A DNA stretch of 64,000 nucleotides, from the NCBI GenBank assembly GCA_963699545.1, contig CAVOUE010000005.1, positions 320,001 to 384,000 on the forward strand, written 5' to 3'. The DNA is from Nitrospirota bacterium (GTDB taxonomy: Bacteria; Nitrospirota; Thermodesulfovibrionia; Thermodesulfovibrionales; UBA9159). A model generated the notes under the pieces. That model saw only the letters and a list, made by a program, of their open reading frames with translations, was not told the origin of the DNA and did not search any database. Shown one piece after another: positions 10,497 through 20,794 of this stretch. How positions within the stretch are numbered: position 1 is the first letter of the stretch; the number at the start of each line of letters is the position of its first letter. The translations under genes and the position numbers were made by a program.

Positions 10497-11234
10497 TTAT
10501 AGCTTCGTTTCCGCATCAAGATCTCTGCCGAGATATGCCCTCTGCACATCCCTGTTCGCGAGTAAATCCTCCGCCGGTCCCTCAAGAATGACCCTGCCGG
10601 TCTCGAGCACATATCCGCGGTCTGCAATGCCGAGTGCGGCTTTGGCGTTCTGCTCGACGAGCAAGACCGTGTTGCCCTCGTCCCTGAGCCTTGTAATGAT
10701 GGCAAAGATATCTTTGACAATCAGCGGCGCGAGCCCCATCGAAGGCTCGTCCATCATGATCAGCTTTGGCCGCGCCATGAGCGCTCGTGCGATAGCAAGC
10801 ATCTGCTGTTCGCCGCCCGAGAGGGTGCCGGCGTACTGGCGTTCCCGCTCCTTCAATATCGGGAAGAGACCATAGATACGCTCTAAGTCCTGCTGCACTT
10901 CCGCTTGCCTTTTCCTCCGGTACTGTACATACGCCCCGAGACCGAGATTCTCCCGCACGGTCATCGGCGCAAACACCTGCCTGCCTTCCGGCACGAGCGA
11001 ACATCCGAGCATCACGATCTTTTCCGGCGGATACCTCTTAATCTCCAGCTTGTCAAAGAGTATCTCACCATCGCGAGCACGCAGCAGCCCTGAGATGGTC
11101 TTCAGAAGGGTCGTCTTCCCGGCACCGTTGGCACCGATGATCGTGACAATCTCGGCGGTACTTACGTGCATCGTCACCTTTCGCAGGACTTTAAGCCTGC
11201 CGTAGCCCGCCTCCAGGTTCTTAATTCTCAGCAT
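10497..11234 (-). CDS. livF: Branched-chain/aromatic acid ABC transporter ATPase
   Basis: GANGAGKT, LSGGEQQM, DEPSMGLAP. Confidence 0.9.
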   Translation of the reverse strand: MLRIKNLEAGYGRLKVLRKVTMHVSTAEIVTIIGANGAGKTTLLKTISGLLRARDGEILFDKLEIKRYPPEKIVMLGCSLVPEGRQVFAPMTVRENLGLGAYVQYRRKRQAEVQQDLERIYGLFPILKERERQYAGTLSGGEQQMLAIARALMARPKLIMMDEPSMGLAPLIVKDIFAIITRLRDEGNTVLLVEQNAKAALGIADRGYVLETGRVILEGPAEDLLANRDVQRAYLGRDLDAETKL

Positions 11235-11991
11235 CTTCCTCCCCGAGATACACTCTGACTACTTCAGGGTTCTTCTGGATGGCGAGAGGTCTGTCGTCGG
11301 CAATCTTCTGGCCGTAGCTCAGCACGATGATCTCATCCGAGATGTTCATGACGAGCGACATGTCGTGCTCGACGAGAAGAACGGTAATTCCCATGCCGCG
11401 GATCCTGCTTATCAGTCTTCCCATTTCAGTGGTCTCGCGCATGTTCAGTCCGGCAGCAGGCTCATCCAGAAGCAAGAGCTTCGGCTCGCAGGCCAGGGCC
11501 CTCCCGAGTTCAACTATCCGCTGCTGACCATAGGCAATGCTTGTTGCCTCTATATGGGCAAAGCTGGCAATACCAAGAAACTGCATGATTTCAAGACTCT
11601 TCTTCCTTATTCTCTGTTCCTCCTTCCACGTGAAGGGGAGATTCAGCATCCCTGCAACGAACCCGGCTTTGCTGTGAACGTGACGGCCAACCATGATGTT
11701 TTCAAGGACCGTCATCTTCGGGAAAAGCCTGATGTGCTGAAAGGTCCGAGCCATCCCTCTGGCTGCAATCTGATGGGGCTTGAGCCCTTGCACAGGGATA
11801 CCGCTGAAGACAACCGATCCACTGTCAGGCTGCATGAGACCAGAGACAAGGTTGAAAAGCGTCGTTTTCCCTGCGCCATTCGGACCAATCAGCGCCTTGA
11901 CTGTTCCCTCGGCAACGTCGAACGACACGTCGCTCACGGCCTGGAGGCCACCAAAACGTTTGCTGAGGCCCTGCACGGAAAGGACCGTCAC
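11221..11991 (-). CDS. livG: ABC transporter ATPase
   Basis: GPNGAGKT, LLDEPAAGLN, VEHDM. Confidence 0.9.
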   Translation of the reverse strand: MTVLSVQGLSKRFGGLQAVSDVSFDVAEGTVKALIGPNGAGKTTLFNLVSGLMQPDSGSVVFSGIPVQGLKPHQIAARGMARTFQHIRLFPKMTVLENIMVGRHVHSKAGFVAGMLNLPFTWKEEQRIRKKSLEIMQFLGIASFAHIEATSIAYGQQRIVELGRALACEPKLLLLDEPAAGLNMRETTEMGRLISRIRGMGITVLLVEHDMSLVMNISDEIIVLSYGQKIADDRPLAIQKNPEVVRVYLGEEDAEN

Positions 11992-12009
11992 AAAACCTCC
12001 TCTTCGCTA

Positions 12010-13065
12010 TCATTTGGGCTGAAGAATCCGCCTGATATCCCCGAGGATATGCCGTCTGAGCAGTCCACCGGGTGCAAAGAGCATAATGAGGATAAGGATC
12101 CCTCCGAAGACCGCGTCGTCGAAGGAACCGAAGTAGCCGCGCAGCGAGAGGTAGTTGAGAACAAGGCTCATGACAAGGGCCCCCCAGAGGTTCGCCATAC
12201 CGCCGACCGCAACAATCGCAACGTAGCGCACCGATTTCATGACAGAGGCTTCGGAAGGACCAATACCTCCGTTATAATGTGTTAAAAGCACGCCCGCAAG
12301 CGCGGCGAACGCCGCGCTCAGCACAAAGGTCTTTAGCTTATACCGTGCCGTCGGGATTCCCACGGCATCAGCCGCATCCTCTGCACCATGAATTGATGCG
12401 AGGGCCCTTCCCACGCGCGAGCGGATCAGATTGAGCAGAAGGGCAACGCCCGCGGTCACGAGCCCCCATGCGATGTAGTAATTCATCACCCGGGATGAGG
12501 AACTGCCCGTGATTTCGACACCGGACAGCAGCCTGAAGGCGGGGACGTCGGAGATCCCGTCAGCTGCACCGAAGAGTTCAGAGGCGAGGACAATCCGGTA
12601 GACGATAATGCCGAAGCCGAGGGTGGCCATCGCAAGATAATGACCCTTTAACTTGAGCACGGGGCCACCAATGATATAGGCGATTATGATGGTTACGCAA
12701 AGCGCGACGATGCAAGAAGCCCAGGGGTTGACGGTGAGAAGGTCTCCCCCGTAGAGGTTGGGCCTTGTCGCGAGAACACCGCTCTTCGCCAGGATCATAA
12801 CAATGCTTTTACTCCTGTAGAGGGAAAAGTCATGTGTCGTCAAAAAAGCAGAGAGATAGCCACCTATGGCGAAGAACCCTGCGTGACCCAGTGAAATCTG
12901 GCCTGCATAGCCAATGAGCATGCAGAGGCCTATGATGAGCAGGGAATAGTAAGCCGTCATCGTAAGTTGCGTCAGATGGTAGCCACTGTCAGTGAACTGC
13001 GTCAGAAGTTGGATCGCGACGATAAGCGAGGAAAAGCCGAGGAGATGAAGGTGTTTCTCCTTCAT
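12010..13065 (-). CDS. livM: ABC transporter permease
   Basis: GYAGQISLGH and LKGHYLAMATLGF; hydrophobic. Confidence 0.9.
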   Translation of the reverse strand: MKEKHLHLLGFSSLIVAIQLLTQFTDSGYHLTQLTMTAYYSLLIIGLCMLIGYAGQISLGHAGFFAIGGYLSAFLTTHDFSLYRSKSIVMILAKSGVLATRPNLYGGDLLTVNPWASCIVALCVTIIIAYIIGGPVLKLKGHYLAMATLGFGIIVYRIVLASELFGAADGISDVPAFRLLSGVEITGSSSSRVMNYYIAWGLVTAGVALLLNLIRSRVGRALASIHGAEDAADAVGIPTARYKLKTFVLSAAFAALAGVLLTHYNGGIGPSEASVMKSVRYVAIVAVGGMANLWGALVMSLVLNYLSLRGYFGSFDDAVFGGILILIMLFAPGGLLRRHILGDIRRILQPK

Positions 13066-13955
13066 CAGAATTCCTTCAGTCCGGCCGTCTCGGCACTGCC
13101 GAAGATGCCGCTCGGCTTTACGAAAAGGATCACGAGAAGTATGGAAATGGAGATGACGTCCTTATAAGCAGCGGGCAACACCCAGATGCTGAAAGATTCA
13201 AGGATCCCGAGGATCATACCTGCCGCTACGGCCGCCGTGCTATTGCCGAGGCCACCGAGAATGGCAACCGTGAAGCCCTTGATTGCCAGAGGCGTGCCGC
13301 TGTCGTATTGCACATAGGTTATCGGGGAAACGACGCAGCCGCCCAGCGCGCCGATAGCTGCGCTCAGTATGAACGACAGGGTCACCATGTTCTTTGCGTT
13401 GACCCCGCACAGCCTCGCCGCATCCCGATTCGCTGCGCACGCACGCATCTGCCTGCCAAGGAGCGTATGATTGAAGAAGACCGCAAGAAATGTAACAGTG
13501 ATGGCGCTGATTCCAACGACCCAGAGGACTTGAGGCGAAACATACACACCACCCAGGTTGAGAGAGCTCACTGAGGTGCCTGTAAAATAGGGCAAGGCCC
13601 TCACACTCGTACCCCAGATGTGAAGAGCACCCTCCCGGATGAGGATCGAGATACCGATGGTGATGATGATCAGACGCAACACCGACGGCCCGCGAAGCCA
13701 TCGAATAAAAACCATCTCGATGAGCGCTCCGATGGTCATCGTAATGAGCACCGCCGACAGGATAGCCGCAGGAAGTGGCATGAGATGATGGAGCGTTACA
13801 GCAATCATACCGCCGAGCATAACGAACTCGCCCTGGGCGAAATTGATGATGCCCGTCGCGTTGTAAATGATGTTAAACCCTATCGCCACGATCGCATAGA
13901 TCGTACCGTAGGTTATGCCCGCGACGATATACTGGGAAAAAAGTTCGATGCTCAT
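13065..13955 (-). CDS. livH: ABC transporter permease
   Basis: GIINFAQGEF and ILGGLGN; hydrophobic. Confidence 0.9.
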   Translation of the reverse strand: MSIELFSQYIVAGITYGTIYAIVAIGFNIIYNATGIINFAQGEFVMLGGMIAVTLHHLMPLPAAILSAVLITMTIGALIEMVFIRWLRGPSVLRLIIITIGISILIREGALHIWGTSVRALPYFTGTSVSSLNLGGVYVSPQVLWVVGISAITVTFLAVFFNHTLLGRQMRACAANRDAARLCGVNAKNMVTLSFILSAAIGALGGCVVSPITYVQYDSGTPLAIKGFTVAILGGLGNSTAAVAAGMILGILESFSIWVLPAAYKDVISISILLVILFVKPSGIFGSAETAGLKEF

Positions 13956-13971
13956 ACCCTTCTCTCAAAGA

Positions 13972-14006
13972 ATCGGGAGTATCCGCGCAGAGCGGATACT
14001 CCCGAT
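13972..14006. other. Perfect 15-bp intergenic hairpin between the binding-protein gene and livH
   Basis: ATCGGGAGTATCCGC-GCAGA-GCGGATACTCCCGAT. Confidence 0.8.
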
Positions 14007-14027
14007 CAATAATACCTTGGAATTCGT

Positions 14028-15176
14028 TTACTTGCCGAGAACGGCGAACTTGCCGTTCTTTACCGTGAGCATCTCAAAGGAGCTCATGTCAAGGCCGTTG
14101 TGGTCTTCGGGAGAGAAGTTGAAGATGCCGGCGGTCCCGACAACGCCCTTCAGCCCCTCGATGGCCGTTCTGACCGCCTCCTTGTCTGTGCTGTTGGCCT
14201 TCTCGATAGCCTTGGTGAGGATCAGCATGGCGTCATAAGCGTGGCCGCCGAAGGTGCTGCATTCTTCCCCACGGTTTTTAAGTTCATACTCTTTCTTGTA
14301 CTTCATCAGGACAGCCTTCTGTTTGTTGTCTTTCGGAAGCGTCTCGGCAATGAGGAGCCTGCCCGCCGGGAAGATGACGCCTTCAGCGGCTGGTAATGCG
14401 GCTTCGACGTATTTGATGTTGCCGAATCCGTGGCTCTGGAATATCTGGCCATTGAAGCCGATTTGGCGGGCGTTCTTTATTACTATGGACTGGGCCGGTT
14501 CGATCGACCAGTTGATGATCGCTTCGGCGCCGGACGCCTTCACCTTCGTCACCTCGGCCGTCAGATCGGTGGCGGCCTTGTCATACACCTCATTGGCCAC
14601 TATCCGGATGCCGTGCTCAGCAGCAAGTTTCTCGATCTGCTCCTTCCCTGCCTTTCCGAAGCCGGTGTTGCTCGAAAGCACGCCCGTTTTGGAAAGCTTC
14701 ATCTTCTTCATCTGCTCAAATATCTTTATGACCGCATAGCTGTCTTTCTGAGGAGTCTTGAATACATACTTGGCTACGGGATTTACAATCGTCTCTGCCG
14801 CGGCGCAGGAAAGCAGGATGGTTTTACCTTCTTCGGCAACGTTCTTGATCTTCATCGTCTCCCCGCTTGTCGAGGGGCCGATAATTGCGAGCACCTTGTG
14901 CTCCTCGATCAGCTGCTTTGCGAAAGAGAACGCCTTCTCAGGGCTGGCCCCAGAATCCTTGACAATCAGCTCGATCTTCTTGCCCTTGATGCCGCCATTC
15001 TTGTTGATATCATCGACCATCATCACGAGCGTTTTCTCCTCGGGCGCACCAAGGAACGAGGCAGGCCCGGTCACCGCAAGAATCGCACCGACCTTAATCG
15101 TGTCAGCCGCGAACGCGGGAGCAACCGCGAACGCAACAAGGACTACTGCTGCAACATACTTCCATGCCTTCATCAT
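14028..15176 (-). CDS. ABC transporter substrate-binding protein (LivK/LivJ family)
   Basis: Signal peptide; IKVGAILAVTGPAS; RBS AAAGGAGG. Confidence 0.9.
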   Translation of the reverse strand: MMKAWKYVAAVVLVAFAVAPAFAADTIKVGAILAVTGPASFLGAPEEKTLVMMVDDINKNGGIKGKKIELIVKDSGASPEKAFSFAKQLIEEHKVLAIIGPSTSGETMKIKNVAEEGKTILLSCAAAETIVNPVAKYVFKTPQKDSYAVIKIFEQMKKMKLSKTGVLSSNTGFGKAGKEQIEKLAAEHGIRIVANEVYDKAATDLTAEVTKVKASGAEAIINWSIEPAQSIVIKNARQIGFNGQIFQSHGFGNIKYVEAALPAAEGVIFPAGRLLIAETLPKDNKQKAVLMKYKKEYELKNRGEECSTFGGHAYDAMLILTKAIEKANSTDKEAVRTAIEGLKGVVGTAGIFNFSPEDHNGLDMSSFEMLTVKNGKFAVLGK

Positions 15177-15210
15177 ATTACCTCCTTTTTGTGACAGGTT
15201 TTGTGATAGC

Positions 15211-15645
15211 TTATAGTGCATGAACCTCCTCCCCTCTCAGCATCCTGACGCCGGCCTTCTGGAGCACGGTGATGGCCTTTTCGATGTCGTCAAAACGGAA
15301 AATAATGATCGCATTTTCACCGCTTTTCTGGACAAAGGCATACATGTACTCGACATTGATCCTTTCGCCCTTTAGCGCGTTCAGCATCCCGGCAAGCCCG
15401 CCCGGTCGGTCAGAAACCTCGATGGCGACCACTTCGGTCTTCCCCACCGTGAACGCATTCTCCTTCAGTACCGCCTTTGCCTTTTCCGTATTATTCACGA
15501 TCAGTCTCAGTATCCCGAAATCGGCGGTATCGGCAAGAGAGAGAGCCCTGATGTTGATCCCCGCCTTCGCCAGGACTTCCGTCACCTCAGCAAGCCTCCC
15601 TGACTTGTTCTCAAGAAATATCGATATCTGCTCAACCTTCATCAT
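15211..15645 (-). CDS. Tandem ACT-domain amino-acid-binding protein
   Basis: [13 protein letters not shown] and NVEYMYAF; typical paaK neighbour. Confidence 0.88.
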   Translation of the reverse strand: MMKVEQISIFLENKSGRLAEVTEVLAKAGINIRALSLADTADFGILRLIVNNTEKAKAVLKENAFTVGKTEVVAIEVSDRPGGLAGMLNALKGERINVEYMYAFVQKSGENAIIIFRFDDIEKAITVLQKAGVRMLRGEEVHAL

Positions 15646-15655
15646 GACCTCCTGT

Positions 15656-15704
15656 TAACTCCTCTCTGTCCCCCCCCTAGCTAAAGGAGGGATGAAGGGG
15701 GTTA
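15656..15704. repeat. REP-like imperfect palindrome
   Basis: TAACTCCTCT..CCCCCCCCTAGCTAAAGGAGGG..GAAGGGGGTTA between paaK and the ACT gene. Confidence 0.5.
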
Positions 15705-17003
15705 GAGTTTCCTCTTATCGATAACGCGCTTTGCCTTTCCTTCGCTTCTTTCGATGGTCTTGGGCTCAACGAGCTTCACTCTCGCGCTTATGCCAAGAAT
15801 GGAGCTGATCTCCCTTCTTATCCTATCAGCAAGCGTTTGCATTTTCTTGACCTCATCGGAAAATATCTTCTCCTCCACCTCAACGAGGATCTCGAGCTCG
15901 TCCAGTTCCCCTGCCTTTCTGTCAACAATGAGCTGATAATGGGGTTGCGTCCCTTCAATGCTGAGGAGCACATGTTCTATCTGGGACGGGAAGACATTGA
16001 TCCCCCTTACGACGATCATGTCATCGGTCCTTCCCCTGATCTTGCTTATCCTCGGGGTGGTTCTGCCGCAGCGGCACTTCTCATAGGTGATGCTCACATT
16101 ATCCCTCGTGCGGTACCGTATGAGAGGGATTCCCTTCTTAGTGAGGGTGGTGATCACGAGTTCTCCGACCTCCCCTTCACCCAGGGCCTTCCCCGTTTCA
16201 GGGTGAATCACCTCAGGGTAGAACACATCCCACCATATATGCAGGCCCGCCTTGTGTGTACACTCCTGGGCCACTCCCGGTCCGATGATCTCGGAAAGAC
16301 CGTACACATCGGTCGCGATCATGTTCCAAGTGGCCTCGATCTCCTTCCTCATCGATTCGCTCCAGGGTTCGGCGCCGAAGATCCCGATCTCCCAGCTGCT
16401 CTCCCGGGGGTCGAGCCCCATCTCCCGCGCTTCATCAGCCATATAGAGGGCGTAGCTCGGCGTACAGGCAAGTATCCTCGGTTTGAAATCCGTCATGAGC
16501 TTCAGCTGGCGTTTTGTCTGGCCGGAGGATGCCGGGATGATCGTCAGTCCCGCCTCAAGGGCGCCGTAATGAAACCCGAGCCCCCCGGTGAAAAGTCCAT
16601 AGCCATATCCGATCTGGATCTTGTCCCGCGGTTCAGCGCCTGCGCAGCAGATGGCCCTCGCCATCACCTCTGACCATAGTTTTATATCCTCCCTTGTATA
16701 TCCCACCACCGTAGGGTTTCCCGTGGTGCCGCTGGAAACATGTATCTCCTTGATCTTGTCCACAGGCACGGAAAAGAGGCCGAAGGGATAGCTGTCCCGC
16801 ATATCATCCTTTACGGTGAAAGGCAATTTCTGGATATCCGCTATGCCCCTGATGTCCCGCGGTCTCACTCCGAGGGCGTCAAACTTGGTCTTGTACGGGG
16901 GGCAGTTCTTACAGACATAGGAAACGATCCTGCGCAGTCTCTCTGACTGGACATCCTTCATCTCCCTCCGTCTCATGCATTCCATCTTTTCATTCCATAT
17001 CAT
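15702..17003 (-). CDS. paaK: Phenylacetate-CoA ligase (second paralog, intact)
   Basis: HVSSGTTG, YGLSEIIGPG, GRTDDMIVVRGINVFP. Confidence 0.92.
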   Translation of the reverse strand: MIWNEKMECMRRREMKDVQSERLRRIVSYVCKNCPPYKTKFDALGVRPRDIRGIADIQKLPFTVKDDMRDSYPFGLFSVPVDKIKEIHVSSGTTGNPTVVGYTREDIKLWSEVMARAICCAGAEPRDKIQIGYGYGLFTGGLGFHYGALEAGLTIIPASSGQTKRQLKLMTDFKPRILACTPSYALYMADEAREMGLDPRESSWEIGIFGAEPWSESMRKEIEATWNMIATDVYGLSEIIGPGVAQECTHKAGLHIWWDVFYPEVIHPETGKALGEGEVGELVITTLTKKGIPLIRYRTRDNVSITYEKCRCGRTTPRISKIRGRTDDMIVVRGINVFPSQIEHVLLSIEGTQPHYQLIVDRKAGELDELEILVEVEEKIFSDEVKKMQTLADRIRREISSILGISARVKLVEPKTIERSEGKAKRVIDKRKL

Positions 17004-17021
17004 GACTGCAAACTCACCTCC

Positions 17022-17642
17022 TCAATTGGATCGCGACTGCTCTGTTCTCTTTTCCTGAAGCGCGCTCACTGTCTCTCTTCCCCTGAGAAACGCCTCAGTA
17101 TTGACCTTGCGGACTTTTTCAGCCATCCGTTCACTGATCACCTGCAGGAATACCTTCTCATCCAAAGGCAGGAACGCCGACAACGCACCGACGAGGACCA
17201 TGTTGACCGCCCTTGTCTCCCCCATAGCCCTGGCGATCTCAAAGCCATCGACAGGAAAGACTGCGAGGTCCCGCTGTCGAAGCTGGTCAAGTATATCTTG
17301 TGGGTATTTTTCGATCCCCGTTGCAACAGGCGCGGGCAGGATCTGCTGCGTATTCACAATTACTCTGGTGTTCTTGTTCATGTAAGGGAGATACCTCAAC
17401 GCTTCCAGCATCTCGAAGGATACGACGATGTCGGCACTCCCCGGCTCGATGAGCGGCGAGTATACCCTGTTGCCGAAGCGGATGTGAGATACGACGGAAC
17501 CCCCCCGCTGCGCCATGCCGTGGACCTCGCTCTGCTTTACGTCAAAGCCGGCCTTCATGCAAGCCGCTGATAGGACTTCGCTCGCCAGCAGGATGCCCTG
17601 TCCCCCGACACCGCAGAGAAGGATGTTCACCGTCTTATCCAT
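17022..17642 (-). CDS. iorB: Indolepyruvate:ferredoxin oxidoreductase beta subunit
   Basis: GVGGQG and SEVHGMAQRGG. Confidence 0.92.
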   Translation of the reverse strand: MDKTVNILLCGVGGQGILLASEVLSAACMKAGFDVKQSEVHGMAQRGGSVVSHIRFGNRVYSPLIEPGSADIVVSFEMLEALRYLPYMNKNTRVIVNTQQILPAPVATGIEKYPQDILDQLRQRDLAVFPVDGFEIARAMGETRAVNMVLVGALSAFLPLDEKVFLQVISERMAEKVRKVNTEAFLRGRETVSALQEKRTEQSRSN

Positions 17643-19470
17643 CGTCCTCCCCTGCAACGACAATGGCCGTGAACTTGCAGAGCGGAGCGCATTGACCGCA
17701 GCCGTCGCACAACGCCGCATTGATCCTTGAATACCCCTTCTGGCTCACCTTGTACCCGAGCTGTTTCGCCTCCGCAGCGGTGAGCGGCACCCACTCAATT
17801 GCCGGACACCCGAGCTTGAGGCACGTCTGGCATCCGGTGCATTTCTCCGGTACAACGACATAGAGCTTCCTGCCCTTTCTCTTCTTCATTTCGGGCAGAA
17901 GGACGCACGGAGCTCTTGCGATAATGACCGAGGGTTCGGGACGTCCGATCTCCTGCTTCACGATCTTCTGTGTCGCCTCGATATCGTTCGGGTTGACGGT
18001 GCGGACATGTCGTACGCCGATGGCCCTGCAGAGCGCCTCGATGTCCACCGGTGTTACGGTATCACCCCTGATCGTCATGCCCGAGGAGGGATGGGGCTGA
18101 TGGCCGGTCATGCCGGTCGTCCTGTTGTCAAGAATGACCACGGTCGTAAAACCCCGGTTATGGACAATGTCAATGAGGCCTGTTATCCCTGAATGGAAGA
18201 AGGTAGAGTCGCCGATGACGGCGACGATCTTGCCGAGGCTGTCCTCACCGAGAGCCTTCTCCATGCCGAAAGCATTGCCGATGCCCGCGCCCATGCAGAC
18301 ACAGGAGTCCATTGCCGAAAGGGGCCTGAGCGCAGCAAGGGTATAACAGCCTATGTCGCCGGCGACAAAGACCTTGAGCTTTGAGATCGCATAGAATATA
18401 CCCCTGTGCGGGCAGCCCGGGCAGAGGTTGGGCGGCCTAAGCGGGATCGGCGCAGCCCCGAACAGGTCCTGTCTCGACTCGCCGGTGATCGCCTTTCTCA
18501 CTATATGCGGGTTCAACTCCCCGATGGAAGGGACCAGTTCCTTGCCTCTGCATGCAATGCCCATAGCCTTGACATGCGTCTCGATAAAGGGATCAAGCTC
18601 CTCGACAATAAAGAGCTCCCCGACCTTTGAGGCAAATTCCCTGATAATCCTGTCAGGAAAGGGGTATGCCATGCCGAGCTTCAGTACGGACGCTTCAGGA
18701 AATGCTTCTTTGACATAAAGAGAGGAGACGCCGGCAGTGATGAAGCCCTTCCTGTTGTTTCGCCATTCGATGGTATTCCCCGGGAATGTCTCTGCGAATT
18801 CCTTCAGCCTTGCCATCCGTTTTTCGAGCTCGACCCTCCGTTTCCGGGCATGCGCAGGGAGCATCACGAACTTCTCAGGCATCTTTTCAATGCCAAGGGT
18901 TGCTGAAGAGCGTTCCCTTTCGCCGAGGGTCACCACGCCCTTCACATGGGCAACCCTTGTAGTGGTGCGCAAGAGCACCGGGGTATCGAATTCCTCACTT
19001 ATCCTGTAGGCTGCCTTCAGAAATTCCTTTGCTTCCGAAGCATCTGCAGGCTCAAGCATCGGGACCTTTGCCGCGTATGCGTAGTTCCTGTTGTCCTGTT
19101 CGTTCTGCGAGCTGTGCATCTCGGGGTCGTCCGCTGTCACAATAACAAGCCCGCCTTTGACGCCGGTGTATGCAGCAGTAAAGAGCGGGTCAGCAGCAAC
19201 GTTCAGGCCGACATGCTTCATGGTCGCCAGCGCTCGGGCCCCGGCAAAGCAGGCACCCAGCGCAACTTCCACAGCGACCTTTTCATTCGGCGCCCACTCC
19301 GTGTATATCCCTTCATAGGCGGACAGGCTCTCCAGTATTTCTGTAGAGGGGGTTCCGGGATATGCAGAAGCGACCTTTACTCCCGCCTCGTAGGCTCCGC
19401 GGGCGATAGCCTCATTCCCCGAGAGCAGCATTCTTTCCTCTGTGGCGACTCTTGATTTCATTTTTCCCAT
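17635..19470 (-). CDS. iorA: Indolepyruvate:ferredoxin oxidoreductase alpha subunit
   Basis: YPGTPSTE, CPGCPH, GDIGCY, GDSTFFHSG and C-terminal 2x[4Fe-4S] motifs. Confidence 0.95.
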   Translation of the reverse strand: MGKMKSRVATEERMLLSGNEAIARGAYEAGVKVASAYPGTPSTEILESLSAYEGIYTEWAPNEKVAVEVALGACFAGARALATMKHVGLNVAADPLFTAAYTGVKGGLVIVTADDPEMHSSQNEQDNRNYAYAAKVPMLEPADASEAKEFLKAAYRISEEFDTPVLLRTTTRVAHVKGVVTLGERERSSATLGIEKMPEKFVMLPAHARKRRVELEKRMARLKEFAETFPGNTIEWRNNRKGFITAGVSSLYVKEAFPEASVLKLGMAYPFPDRIIREFASKVGELFIVEELDPFIETHVKAMGIACRGKELVPSIGELNPHIVRKAITGESRQDLFGAAPIPLRPPNLCPGCPHRGIFYAISKLKVFVAGDIGCYTLAALRPLSAMDSCVCMGAGIGNAFGMEKALGEDSLGKIVAVIGDSTFFHSGITGLIDIVHNRGFTTVVILDNRTTGMTGHQPHPSSGMTIRGDTVTPVDIEALCRAIGVRHVRTVNPNDIEATQKIVKQEIGRPEPSVIIARAPCVLLPEMKKRKGRKLYVVVPEKCTGCQTCLKLGCPAIEWVPLTAAEAKQLGYKVSQKGYSRINAALCDGCGQCAPLCKFTAIVVAGEDDG

Positions 19471-19681
19471 AAGAAATACAGTTTTTTAGGTTATCACACC
19501 ATTGTCTTATTTTCAACAGCCACGTGCCAGAAGCTTTCCTGTGCTACTTCGCTTCCGCCTTGCTGAATTGACTTCAGCATCCAGAGGAGGCAACATCTGT
19601 GGGACCTTTCCGTCTCGGTGAGGCCGCAGTGGCGGAGGAATACGTTCAGGGTGAGAACAGCACGGTCTTACCCCGCTGCGA

Positions 19682-20491
19682 TCAGACAGAATTCAGGAGG
19701 CCGAGGGCATTCTCCCGCAGGATGAGTTTTTCCCTTTCCGGGCCGAGGTCAAGTCCTTTAAGGAGCGCCAGGGTACCACCCTGGTCGGTCCATGGTGAAT
19801 CCGTGCCAAAGAGCACATGGTCCGGCGGATGGTTCAGGATGATCTTCCGTGCGACCTCTTTCCCAAGGTATTCGAGGGAAAAGGATATCTCCATATATAT
19901 CTTCTTCCCTGCGATGTGCTTCTCCACCTCATCCCAGTCGTCCCAGGCGCCGAGATGCGTCGTTACGAGCTTGATGTCAGGAAACCGCCGGAGAACCCGC
20001 ATGATCCTTACCGGGTCTGCCTTCCGGACCTTCTCAAAGGCAAAGTCAAAGCCGGTGTGCACCACCATGATAAGGTTCTCTCTGCATATCCTTTCGTAGA
20101 CAGGGAAGAGCCGTTCGTCGTCGACATTGAAGTCCTGGTAATAGGGATGGAACTTTATCCCCTTGAACCCCTCCCCCTTGATATGCGATACTTGTTCCGC
20201 TGCCTCAGGGTCGAGAGGGTGGAGGGAGGGAAGCGGTATGATCCGGTCTGTACCGATCGTCCGTGACCACCTGAGTATCGTATCGAACTGGGAAGGCTTT
20301 GTGGCTATTGAGCAGACGATGCTTTTCTCGATGCCGTTCTTGTCCATCGACCGGAGAAGAGAAGAGACCCTGCCGTCAAGGCTTGCCTGAATGCCCCCTT
20401 CTTCCGCCAGCATCTTCATCGCTCTTTCTGCCAGTTCATCAGGAAAGGCATGGGCATGGAAATCCACAATTCCTGTCATATCAGGTGACAT
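19682..20491 (-). CDS. Amidohydrolase_2 family metallohydrolase
   Basis: DFHAH, GIKFHP, LFGTDSPW. Confidence 0.85.
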   Translation of the reverse strand: MSPDMTGIVDFHAHAFPDELAERAMKMLAEEGGIQASLDGRVSSLLRSMDKNGIEKSIVCSIATKPSQFDTILRWSRTIGTDRIIPLPSLHPLDPEAAEQVSHIKGEGFKGIKFHPYYQDFNVDDERLFPVYERICRENLIMVVHTGFDFAFEKVRKADPVRIMRVLRRFPDIKLVTTHLGAWDDWDEVEKHIAGKKIYMEISFSLEYLGKEVARKIILNHPPDHVLFGTDSPWTDQGGTLALLKGLDLGPEREKLILRENALGLLNSV

Positions 20492-20794
20492 ATTATAAAG
20501 GAATCATTCACGCGGAGTAAAAGGGTCGTCCCCGGAAGCAGCTCATTTGATCACCGGCAGGGCAAGAAAGACGAGTCATTATCATTACTTATCAACGTAT
20601 TAGCATATTTTATTTGAACTGCCCCTCACAGAAAGCTTATTATGTCGCTGATCGCTGAATTTCCAGACAAAACAGGCTCTTACACGACAACTACGGAGGT
20701 ATGTTTTCAGCGGCATCTATAGGGGCTAAACCGGGATTTCAGGACTTATAGAGATAACGTCCGATCAACAAATCTGAAAAGGGAGGTAGTAATT

